In this document: positions 56,706-64,000 of the stretch, one piece after another
How the letters are laid out: every line of letters starts with the position of its first letter
Numbering within the stretch: the first letter of the stretch is position 1
Virus record (IMG/VR): IMGVR_UViG_3300020046_010987
Length of the DNA: 64,000 nt
DNA from: an uncultured virus (IMG/VR IMGVR_UViG_3300020046_010987)
Lineage: Duplodnaviria > Heunggongvirae > Uroviricota > Caudoviricetes
Strand: one strand, 5' to 3'
Position numbers and translations under genes: made by a program
Notes under the pieces: generated by a model
What the model was told of the DNA's origin: nothing
The model's input: the letters and a program-made list of their open reading frames with translations, nothing else
Database searches by the model: none

Positions 56706-57890
56706 TCAGGCGACGCGAGCAGTCGCGGCGCTGAGCTGCGCGAGGGCCGCGGCAGTCTTCTCTTCGGTGAGCTTGCGCACGGCGGCGTCTTCCTTGTGCT
56801 CCGCGCGATTGCCGAGCTCGGCCGCAGCTGCCTCGAGCGCCTGCGCGACCTCGTAGTCGTCCTCGCCCTCGCTCGCCGTCTTCACAGCCGAGAAGAACGC
56901 GTCCGGGATCTGGGCGACGGTGGCCTGGTCGATGCCGCTGACGCTGGCGACCTTCGTGAGGTAGTTGACTTGCTGCGCAGGGGTGAGCGCGGCGCACGCA
57001 CGGATGTGCGCGACTTTCTGCACGTCCGTGAGCGCGGTCGGCAGGAACTGGATCAGGAGCGCTGCAGTACGCTCGAGGTGGCGCTCGGCCGCAGTCTTCG
57101 GGGCGCTGACGCTGTTGCTGCCGGTCATCGGCTTGTCCTTCGGCTTCACCGAAGTCTCGGCGCCGAGGACGGCCGAGCCCGACGCGGTCAGGCTGGTCTT
57201 GCCGACGCCGGTGTTGGCGTAGCCCGCGGGGCGGTTCTTGTTGTCGAGCGCAGCCTGGTCGCTGTGCGCCGCCGCGTTCGCGACGGTGTTCGGCGCGGTG
57301 CCCGTGCGTCCGCCAGCAGCCGCTGCCTTGAGAACGCCGCCCATCTTCGAGGTGTTCTCGATCGGCGAGTTGCTTCCGCCCTCGGTGGGCGCGCCGTGCT
57401 GGACCTGCTCTTCGACACCGACCTGGCCGCGGCCCTTGTCGATGTAGTTGCCGACACCGGTGTTGGCGTAGCCGGCCGGGCGGTTGTGCGCGTCGAGCGC
57501 CGCCTGCGAGCTGTGCGCAGCCGCAGCTTCGACCGAGTTCGGACCTTCGGTCTCGTACGCGATCTTGTGCATGATGTTCGACGCGTCGACGGTCGCCTGC
57601 GCGACGGGGTCGATGGCCGCGGCCTGCTTGCTGAGCTCCGCCGAGGCCCCGCCCGTCTGGGCGTTCAGGGCGTCCGCAGCGCGGCTCAGGCTGATGCAGA
57701 GGTCGGACGCGACCTTGAGCGAGACCTTGTCTCCCTCGAAGTACGGGTCCGGCATGCCGGTGTTGTCCGCGACGAAGTCCGCCGCGTAGTCCGCCGCTTC
57801 CTTCGACGTGTACGCGACCTCGCCGACCTGCATGAGGTGGGCGTTGAGGCCTCGGACGAATGCGCGCTTGTAGAGCGGCGACTGAGTCAT
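56706..57890 (-). CDS. K-x-A head protein with an internal 25-aa duplication
   Basis: GGAGGA RBS; AAAHS.QAALD..NRPAGYANTGVG twice; more than 10 K-x-A motifs. Confidence 0.65.
   Translation of the reverse strand: MTQSPLYKRAFVRGLNAHLMQVGEVAYTSKEAADYAADFVADNTGMPDPYFEGDKVSLKVASDLCISLSRAADALNAQTGGASAELSKQAAAIDPVAQATVDASNIMHKIAYETEGPNSVEAAAAHSSQAALDAHNRPAGYANTGVGNYIDKGRGQVGVEEQVQHGAPTEGGSNSPIENTSKMGGVLKAAAAGGRTGTAPNTVANAAAHSDQAALDNKNRPAGYANTGVGKTSLTASGSAVLGAETSVKPKDKPMTGSNSVSAPKTAAERHLERTAALLIQFLPTALTDVQKVAHIRACAALTPAQQVNYLTKVASVSGIDQATVAQIPDAFFSAVKTASEGEDDYEVAQALEAAAAELGNRAEHKEDAAVRKLTEEKTAAALAQLSAATARVA
57202..57524. repeat. About 74-bp intragenic direct repeat (57202-57275 and 57451-57524)
   Basis: Direct comparison. 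Confidence 0.8.
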
Positions 57891-58012
57891 GAGCATTTCC
57901 TCCACGATGTGATCTTGGGGCAGTTGCACCGCACACGTGGCGGTGGACAGGCGAGACACGGAAATAATGCCTCGGAAGGGGGTGGCGAGTCAACAGGGGG
58001 CGTCGAGGGCCT

Positions 58013-58519
58013 TCAGCGGACCCTGAAGGTTCGCAGGGCAGCGGTCTTGCCTTCGTTGTAGGCGTCATAAACGCCCTTGCCCAAGAGGGCGGTACCGCCA
58101 AGGGCTGCGGTGCCTCCGAGGGCGTACAGCGCGCCCCTGCCGGTATGGAATCGCCGCGCAGCGTTCTCGGCTGCTTCTCTAGCAGCGGTTGCATCCCGCG
58201 CCCGGTACCCCGCGAAATCACTTGCGCGGTAATAGCGATCTCGCGCAGCCTGGACCAAATCTTCTGCAGCTGCAGGGGTTCCAGGCGCACCTGGGAGCGG
58301 AGGAAGGCCTTGTCGGTGGCGCTGTGCAGCGTCGGAAAATTGCCGGTACGCTACCTCATGCGCGTTCGCTGCGTGCATGTGGGCGTTCTGCGCAACTTCC
58401 GCGCCCGCCTGGGCTGTAGCTACCGCGGGCTCCTTGAGCATGCGCCACGCAGGGCCTAGGCCGGCACCCCCTGCGACAAGGGCACCGCCGCCAAGCATCT
58501 CTTTCGTCGAGTCGTCCAT
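58013..58519 (-). CDS. Small glycine-zipper protein
   Basis: Two Gly-rich hydrophobic helices; C-terminal YNEGKTAALRTF. Confidence 0.6.
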   Translation of the reverse strand: MDDSTKEMLGGGALVAGGAGLGPAWRMLKEPAVATAQAGAEVAQNAHMHAANAHEVAYRQFSDAAQRHRQGLPPLPGAPGTPAAAEDLVQAARDRYYRASDFAGYRARDATAAREAAENAARRFHTGRGALYALGGTAALGGTALLGKGVYDAYNEGKTAALRTFRVR

Positions 58520-58555
58520 GTTACTCCCTTTCTACCACGAATCTCCCCACAGAGA

Positions 58556-60352
58556 TTAGTAGTGCCCGTCGAAACCTTCGCCGAACTCGGCGCTATAGAT
58601 CATGGCGGGAATCGGCGATGCGCCGTGAATGTCGCTCGTGTGCGCCTGGTGCGCCGCGTCGAGAAGCGTCTGCTTGAGCAGGCGATGCCCCATGCGGGCC
58701 ATCCAGTCGGGGTTCAAGAGCGGATTACGCGTGGCAGGCGCCATGATGGGCGACACCTGCGGAGCGCCCGCGGCGGTCTTCACGGACTTCACACCGCGCC
58801 GGCGTAGATCGGCCATCAGGCCCGAAGTGATGCGGGTGCCTGGAAGGTGCTCGAACACCGGCGCCGCGAGGTACTCGCCCTCGGCGTCTGAAAGCGGCGT
58901 GTCCTCGATCGAGTCTTTCACGATCTGCCGGAACTTGTTGTAGGTGATGACGTCGCCCCGAACGACGCCATGGTCGTTCTGACCGATCTTGTCGACCTTC
59001 ATGTGATTCAGCGTACTCTTGGCGAGGATCTCGAGGTGCCGGCGATCGACGTCGATGCCTGCGTCCCTGTAGATCGTGCCGAGCTGGTTCACCAGGTAGT
59101 CCCGACCGGCACCGAGGCCCTTGAGCGCCACGACCTCCATCGGACGCGGCGTGCCTTCGGAGAGCACGTCCCCGGCATGCACTGAGTCGCCCGCCTTCAC
59201 GACGGCGCGCAGCCCCGGTAGTGCGTGCACGCGGTGTTCGCCCATGTGGAAGAACGTACCGCCCTGGGGCGCGGCTTCGATCTTCGTTACGGTGCCCTTC
59301 ACCGGCGCGAGCGCCGCCTTGCCCTTGAAGGTCACGGGGCTTTCGATCAGCGCCCGGAAGCCCTCGAGACCGCTGACGCCCGCGGCGCCGCCCGCTGTGC
59401 GCACGCCGTGCTTGGCGTTGAGCGCGAGCTGCGTGAGGGGTTCGCCCATCGCGTGCGAAGCGCGCACGCCGACGTTGTCCCCGATGCGGTTGAGCTTGCC
59501 GGTGACGGCGCGACCCATGCAGAGCTGGCACACGCCGGTCGAAGCCTCGCACGTCATCGGAGAGCGCACGATGACCTTCGTGATGTTCTTCTTGCGGAGT
59601 TCGTCGACGACGCGTTTGTCGATGAGCGTGTTGTGCGGGAAGCCGCCCGCGGCGCCTGCGAGGTATCGGTCGTAGATCTCAGACGACGTCGTTTGGAACT
59701 CGAGGCCGTTGTAGCTGCCGCAGTCGTGCGTGGTGACGACTTGGCCGGTGGTGTTGTTGACGATGATCTTCGAGAGGTCGCCCGGCTCGGTGACCTCGAT
59801 GGTCGACTTCACCGCGGCCATGCGCGCTTCGCGATTCGCGGTCCACCAGTCTGCGGGCTTGAGGCCCTCGCTGTAGGAGTTGCGGATCAGCCAGGGCTGC
59901 GCCACGTCCCGCTCGTCGTTTGCGGCCACGGGGCTGCCCACCGTCTTCATCAGCTGCACCTGGTTACCGCGGCCGCCTGAACGCGCCATCGCGCCGAGCG
60001 TTCCGGGATGGTCCTTGGTCTGCGCGACGAGCTTCGCCTGCGTGTCCATGACGACCTTGCGGCGTTGCGTGTCGGTCGTCGCCTTGTTGAAGGCGGAGAT
60101 CGCGGGCTTCATCACGGCATCCCGCGTCGCGTGGATCGGTGCGATGTCGTCGAGACCGACGCTGATGCCCTCGAGCGTCGCGAGCTCATCGCCCAGGTTC
60201 TTCACCCGGACGATGGTCTGCGTGTACGTTTCGGGGTCGTCTTGCGCGAGCCGCACCATCTGCTTGTAGAGCGCCCCGCGCGTCCAAGCCCCTTGTGGGC
60301 GATAGCCGGCGGGTACGGCGTCATCGAGCAGGTGCTGGCCGAGCGTCTTCAT
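58556..60352 (-). CDS. Phage multisubunit RNA polymerase, beta-prime C-terminal half (RpoC-like)
   Basis: MARSGGRG; bridge helix SY.EGL...W.....AR; DCG; VRSPMTC...GVCQLCMG Zn site; trigger loop VGV.A..AMGEPLTQL...KH; RRHLEIL. No NADFDGD motif. Confidence 0.85.
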   Translation of the reverse strand: MKTLGQHLLDDAVPAGYRPQGAWTRGALYKQMVRLAQDDPETYTQTIVRVKNLGDELATLEGISVGLDDIAPIHATRDAVMKPAISAFNKATTDTQRRKVVMDTQAKLVAQTKDHPGTLGAMARSGGRGNQVQLMKTVGSPVAANDERDVAQPWLIRNSYSEGLKPADWWTANREARMAAVKSTIEVTEPGDLSKIIVNNTTGQVVTTHDCGSYNGLEFQTTSSEIYDRYLAGAAGGFPHNTLIDKRVVDELRKKNITKVIVRSPMTCEASTGVCQLCMGRAVTGKLNRIGDNVGVRASHAMGEPLTQLALNAKHGVRTAGGAAGVSGLEGFRALIESPVTFKGKAALAPVKGTVTKIEAAPQGGTFFHMGEHRVHALPGLRAVVKAGDSVHAGDVLSEGTPRPMEVVALKGLGAGRDYLVNQLGTIYRDAGIDVDRRHLEILAKSTLNHMKVDKIGQNDHGVVRGDVITYNKFRQIVKDSIEDTPLSDAEGEYLAAPVFEHLPGTRITSGLMADLRRRGVKSVKTAAGAPQVSPIMAPATRNPLLNPDWMARMGHRLLKQTLLDAAHQAHTSDIHGASPIPAMIYSAEFGEGFDGHY

Positions 60353-60368
60353 GGAGCTAGGCCGGATC

Positions 60369-61020
60369 TTACCAGGTCCCCTTCAGGTAGTCTCGCAGCT
60401 TCCAGACCCTACCGGTGAGGTGGTCGACGACTTGCCCGTCGGGTACGCGTACGGTTCGGCGCTTCGACCCTTCGAGCTGCTCCCTACGCCCTGCGTTGCG
60501 GTCGAGGTGCGCGCCTGTGCGGGCCGCGGCGCCGAGTCGCGCACGGAGCACTTCGAGCGCAGAGGCGCGGTTTTGGATCTGAGAGCGCTCGGACTCACAA
60601 CGCACGATGATCCCTGTAGGCACGTGCTTCATCATCACGGCCGACTCGGTCTTGTTACGGTGCTGGCCTCCTGCGCCCGAGCCTCTGCACACTGAGATCT
60701 CGAGGTCACGTTCCGGGATCGAGAGCGTGCGCTCAGAGACCTCGGGCAGCACGGCCACGGTGACGGTGCTCGTGTGAACACGACCGCGCTTCTCGCCCGG
60801 AGGCACACGCATCCAGCAGTGCTTGCCAGTTTCGTCTCGGAACAGGTCTGCGGCGCGAGAGCCTGCGATGCGGAGCGTCACGCTGCTGGGGCGTGCGTCG
60901 AGCAGCGCGCAGTCAAAGACCGTGGAACGCGCAGCGCCGGAGATACATCTCCTGCTGTTCGAGAACGAGGTCCTTGGCGTCAGATCCACCTTCGCCGGCA
61001 CGGATTTCGAGGATCAACAT
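60369..61020 (-). CDS. Class-I peptide release factor homolog lacking domain 1, expressed via a +1 frameshift (join 61020-60916, 60914-60369; about 216 aa)
   Basis: ORF0 is MLILEIRAGEGGSDA...HGL followed by CTT TGA C. The +1 frame has E.G.H...RVP..E..GRVHTST.TVAVL and GSGAGGQHRNKTESAV. Confidence 0.85.
60912..60918 (-). promoter_or_regulatory. prfB-type +1 programmed ribosomal frameshift site CTT TGA C
   Basis: Exact RF2 shift heptamer, in frame with ATG 61020, joining two release-factor-homologous segments. Confidence 0.8.
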
Positions 61021-61030
61021 GCGCAACAGG

Positions 61031-61933
61031 CTACTGGGTAGCTGCGGCAGCGGTCAAGAGCCTGCGTGCGCGTTGTATTGGGCTTGGCGCGAGCACCCGC
61101 GGAAGGGGCCACCCTTGTTTGATGCGCCAGCGGACTGTCTGTTCGTCAATGCCCAGATCTCGCGCCCATTGCGCATACGTGAGACAGCGTCCTGCGTATG
61201 TTAGGGTTTTAGTGCACCTACGGTTATTCAATTGTGTTGTTCGTGTCGCCCAACGACAGTTTTCCGGCGCGTATCCTTGGTTGGTATCTATTCGATCCAG
61301 CGAATATCCAGGCCCCGGATGGGGTCCGATATCCTGTTTGAACTGCGACAGGCCCCGCTTTCCACGCCATTGTGTGCAGACAACGATTCCGCGAGCGCCA
61401 TAGCGCGCGTACTGTGGGTTGTTTGGGTTGTGGCAGCGTTGGATCGCACGTCGAAGGGCGGCTGCTGCAGGGTCTGCGCCCTTAGCTTGGTCCACCTTCG
61501 CAGCAGGCGTGGTGAACGCACGCTCTATCGGCCAGCCTAGTTTGTTGATACGGGTGTGCACTAACGAATCGCGCAGTCCGTACACTGCCGCCCACTGTTT
61601 GAACGTCTTAGTTGTTTCAAATAGCGTGATTTTTCGGGTATTCCTAGTGTTATTTGCCTGCTCTGATCGGGTGGCCCACCGACAATTGTCGCGCGTGTAA
61701 CCGCCCGTCACATCTACACGGTCCAAACTGTGTAGAACACTAGGACGGGGCCCCATATCGTGGATGAATACGTTGAATCCTTCAGAGCCGCGCCATGCTT
61801 CACACACCTGGACCCCTTTTGCGCCGTATGCAGAGTACGAAGCATTGCGCGGGTTTGTACAGCGAGCTACGGCGTTCCACAGCGCATGATACTCTGCGCG
61901 GTACTCTTGTACGCGGTACTTATGTTTTTTCAT
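61031..61933 (-). CDS. Free-standing HNH-like homing endonuclease with two tandem domains
   Basis: RC.NP....Y..YG..G..VC..W...F..D.GP.P....SLDR.D...GY...NCRWAT..Q.NN occurs twice; lower GC than its flanks. Confidence 0.8.
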   Translation of the reverse strand: MKKHKYRVQEYRAEYHALWNAVARCTNPRNASYSAYGAKGVQVCEAWRGSEGFNVFIHDMGPRPSVLHSLDRVDVTGGYTRDNCRWATRSEQANNTRNTRKITLFETTKTFKQWAAVYGLRDSLVHTRINKLGWPIERAFTTPAAKVDQAKGADPAAAALRRAIQRCHNPNNPQYARYGARGIVVCTQWRGKRGLSQFKQDIGPHPGPGYSLDRIDTNQGYAPENCRWATRTTQLNNRRCTKTLTYAGRCLTYAQWARDLGIDEQTVRWRIKQGWPLPRVLAPSPIQRARRLLTAAAATQ

Positions 61934-63398
61934 GCGCTAGGGGAGGAGTAGCATGGGCTTGCGCGCGTTCCAATATGCGACGTAACTGCTGATTCAGCCG
62001 TTCTTTGTCTGCACTTACCTGCGTGAGGTACGCGTCAGCCGTCATCTCGGGTTGCACACCAAAGAACTTGCCTAGATGCCCCTGCGGGATGGAAGACAAA
62101 TACTGTTCTACGCGAACGTTGCGCTGATCTTCGGGTAAATGCGCGTGGCTCTTATAGCGGATCCCCCGCCCAATCACCTGATTCAGCCGTTCGGCGTTCC
62201 AAGCAGGTTCGAGTAACTGCAGCTGCCGTGTCCCCTTCAGGTCCAGGCCTTCGCCGCCCGCGCTCGAGACGAGGAGCGCACGGAGTTTGCCCCGATTGTA
62301 GTCACGCACGGCCTGCTCCCGCTCACCGCGCCCCATTTCGCCGGTGAACGACGCGTATGGGATCTGGTGCTTGTCGAGGAGGGCCTGGTAGGGCCCGAGG
62401 CCCGCTTGCAGGTAGTTCGAGTAGACGACTGCCCGATGCTCCGGGTTCTCTGCAATGGCTTTCTGCAGACGCTCGAATGCGGCGTGCTGCTTCGTCGCAC
62501 CCAGCAGCGGGTCCATCCCTTGCTGGAACACGTGCGGGGAGAGCTGTGCCTGCCGCGCGCCGGTCATGAACGCGTTGAGATCGGCAGCTTCGGCCTTCGA
62601 AGGGGGTAGCCCGTGCCTCACCTTGTACTGCATCCAGGCAGGGGCCTTGCCAAGCACCGTGTCGTAGACGTCGCGCTGCTCGCTCGACATCGGCACGGAG
62701 ATGGTCTCATCGATACGGTCGGGGAAATCACCTCCGCCGCCTTCGTGGTAGTCGACCCACTTCTTCGCGACGTCCTCGAGCTCCTGCTGGCGCGTGAGCT
62801 CCTGCACCTCGCCGGGTTTGATGCCGCGAAAGGTGCGTGCGAAGAATCCAGGGTCGATGCGGCGCGTGCGCACGTACCGATCTTCGAACTCCTGCTTGTT
62901 CGCCGGCAGGACCTTCTCCCCTGCAGCAAGGTTCACGAGGGGCGCGAGATCGACGGGGTGGTTGTAGGTGGGGCTCGCGGTCATGTACAGGCGCTTCGCA
63001 GCCTGTTGTCCGAGTTGCTTCGCGGCACTGTAGCTCTTCGTCGAAGGGTCGCGGACGCGGTGCGCCTCATCCATGATCAGGAAACCGCCCGCAGGGTCGA
63101 CGCTCTCGGGGCGCATCGTCGTGCGCTGCAGCGAGTGCACTTCAGGCCGCGCTGCCCCCGTCGTGAGGTGCTTGTCGAGCTCCTTCTCGTAGTTGCCCTG
63201 GAGCGAGGCAGGCACGACAGCGTGCGCAGGCAGCCCGAGCGCCTGTGCGGCGCCGATGCTTGTGAGGGTCTTGCCGCTGCCGAGGCCGTGGATGGCTACG
63301 AGCCCCGGCTGGTCATCTGCAGACAGCCGGTCGCCCACACGTTGCTGGTGCGGTTGCAGCGTGGTGCGAAGAGCTTCGGCGCCCTCGAGCGGCATCAC
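61920..63398 (-). CDS. SNF2-like SF2 helicase/ATPase
   Basis: HGLGSGKT, IMDEAH, MTASP..N, SSAGGEGLDL, EP.WN...QVIGR.IR. Confidence 0.85.
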   Translation of the reverse strand: MMPLEGAEALRTTLQPHQQRVGDRLSADDQPGLVAIHGLGSGKTLTSIGAAQALGLPAHAVVPASLQGNYEKELDKHLTTGAARPEVHSLQRTTMRPESVDPAGGFLIMDEAHRVRDPSTKSYSAAKQLGQQAAKRLYMTASPTYNHPVDLAPLVNLAAGEKVLPANKQEFEDRYVRTRRIDPGFFARTFRGIKPGEVQELTRQQELEDVAKKWVDYHEGGGGDFPDRIDETISVPMSSEQRDVYDTVLGKAPAWMQYKVRHGLPPSKAEAADLNAFMTGARQAQLSPHVFQQGMDPLLGATKQHAAFERLQKAIAENPEHRAVVYSNYLQAGLGPYQALLDKHQIPYASFTGEMGRGEREQAVRDYNRGKLRALLVSSAGGEGLDLKGTRQLQLLEPAWNAERLNQVIGRGIRYKSHAHLPEDQRNVRVEQYLSSIPQGHLGKFFGVQPEMTADAYLTQVSADKERLNQQLRRILERAQAHATPPLAHEKT

Positions 63399-64000
63399 AC
63401 GCCTCCGTAGGACATCCCAGCGCCGGTCTGCATGTTTCCGCCCTGCGTTCCGCTGCCGTCTACGTTCGCCACCGCGCCCCAGGACGGGGACGACGTGCGC
63501 TGCGCAAGCTCGGACTCCGCGAAGGACTCGGTGCCAGGGCCTACTTCGTGCCCCTCGCCCTCGGCGATGGCTGCGACGAGATCGTCGGCGATGTCCGCGA
63601 GCTTCAGCGCAGGAACGCCGCCGGCTGCATGCAGGCGCTGCTGCGTGGTGTCGTACTGCGCCCGCGTACGCTGCGGGATGTCGTGGGCGGAGTCCACCGC
63701 GATGCCGGCACCCGTGTGTCCGAGGCCGCCTCCGATCACGCCGCCGAGGAGCTTGCGCCCCATGCCGCCGGGCGTGGCCTTGAAGCCGGCGTAGGCGCCG
63801 CCCAGGGCGCCCGCACCTTGGGCGAGTCCGCGCACGTCACGGTGACGCTGCACCTCTTGCGGCGTGTCGAAGGCGAGCTCCATGCCGAACTTCTCGAGCG
63901 CCCTCTTCGCGCCGCGCTTCTTCGCATGCGATGTGACCCTGCGAGCTACATCGTCCGTGAACGGCGCGAAACTCCGCAGGGTACTGCGGAGATCGTCGTA
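63395..64000 (-). CDS. Glycine-zipper K-x-A putative head protein (5-prime end outside the window)
   Basis: The frame is open upstream of the listed ATG (RGAKRALEKFGMELA); GGxxGG helices; LKLA. Confidence 0.55.
   Translation of the reverse strand, partial: YDDLRSTLRSFAPFTDDVARRVTSHAKKRGAKRALEKFGMELAFDTPQEVQRHRDVRGLAQGAGALGGAYAGFKATPGGMGRKLLGGVIGGGLGHTGAGIAVDSAHDIPQRTRAQYDTTQQRLHAAGGVPALKLADIADDLVAAIAEGEGHEVGPGTESFAESELAQRTSSPSWGAVANVDGSGTQGGNMQTGAGMSYGGV

Noticed and set aside
34877..58061. Long + strand ORFs (34877-36982, 37313-39073, 43640-45145, 49063-50667, 55827-58061) and 15725-17413 (-)
   Set aside because: Antisense shadows of high-GC3 genes, with no motifs or RBS
60915..61001. GTG 61001 start (MPAKVDLT...) for the release factor
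   Set aside because: This N-terminus has no release-factor similarity, whereas the ATG 61020 frame encodes the conserved LEIRAG.GG motif
1..64000. Genome-wide stop-codon reassignment, suggested by the phage release factor
   Set aside because: Long genes are intact under code 11, and TGA, TAG and TAA all act as real stops, including many ATGA overlaps
1..64000. tRNA, rRNA, integrase or att sites; a bacterial contractile injection system instead of a phage
   Set aside because: No cloverleaf, rRNA or recombinase signature was recognised by eye (tRNAscan not run); capsid, protease and replication genes indicate a phage

Overview
This 64 kb window is a segment of a large, high-GC, myovirus-like phage genome. 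No host housekeeping operons, rRNA, tRNA or CRISPR array were recognised. 1-14 kb (+): tightly coupled small accessory genes, including a tandem array of about 15 hypervariable paralogs that all begin MKH-x-(F/L/M)-x-x-x-W. 14-19.7 kb: an amidase (-), a RepB-type primase, a DUF927-type helicase and an iteron-rich origin-like region. 20-26 kb (+): small genes, including a degenerate DHFR and an FmdB-type zinc ribbon. 26-64 kb (-): a virion module with a gp5/VgrG-like spike, tail tube, sheath, neck proteins, major capsid protein, an intein-split prohead protease and many K-x-A-motif or glycine-zipper head proteins. Upstream of these lie an RNA polymerase beta-prime C-terminal half, a class-I release-factor homolog, a tandem HNH-like endonuclease and an SNF2 helicase. 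The most notable signals are: (i) the RF1-like gene needs a prfB-style +1 frameshift (CTT TGA C) that the ORF track misses; (ii) the MKH paralog array; (iii) two inferred promoter classes, leaderless TGn-TANNNT-N6-ATG and a fixed-spacing C(G/T)AAAA-N14-GGTARAAG motif; (iv) a shared G-x3-AL-x2-FG plus K-x-A signature in head proteins. All product calls come from motif recognition by eye, not database searches.
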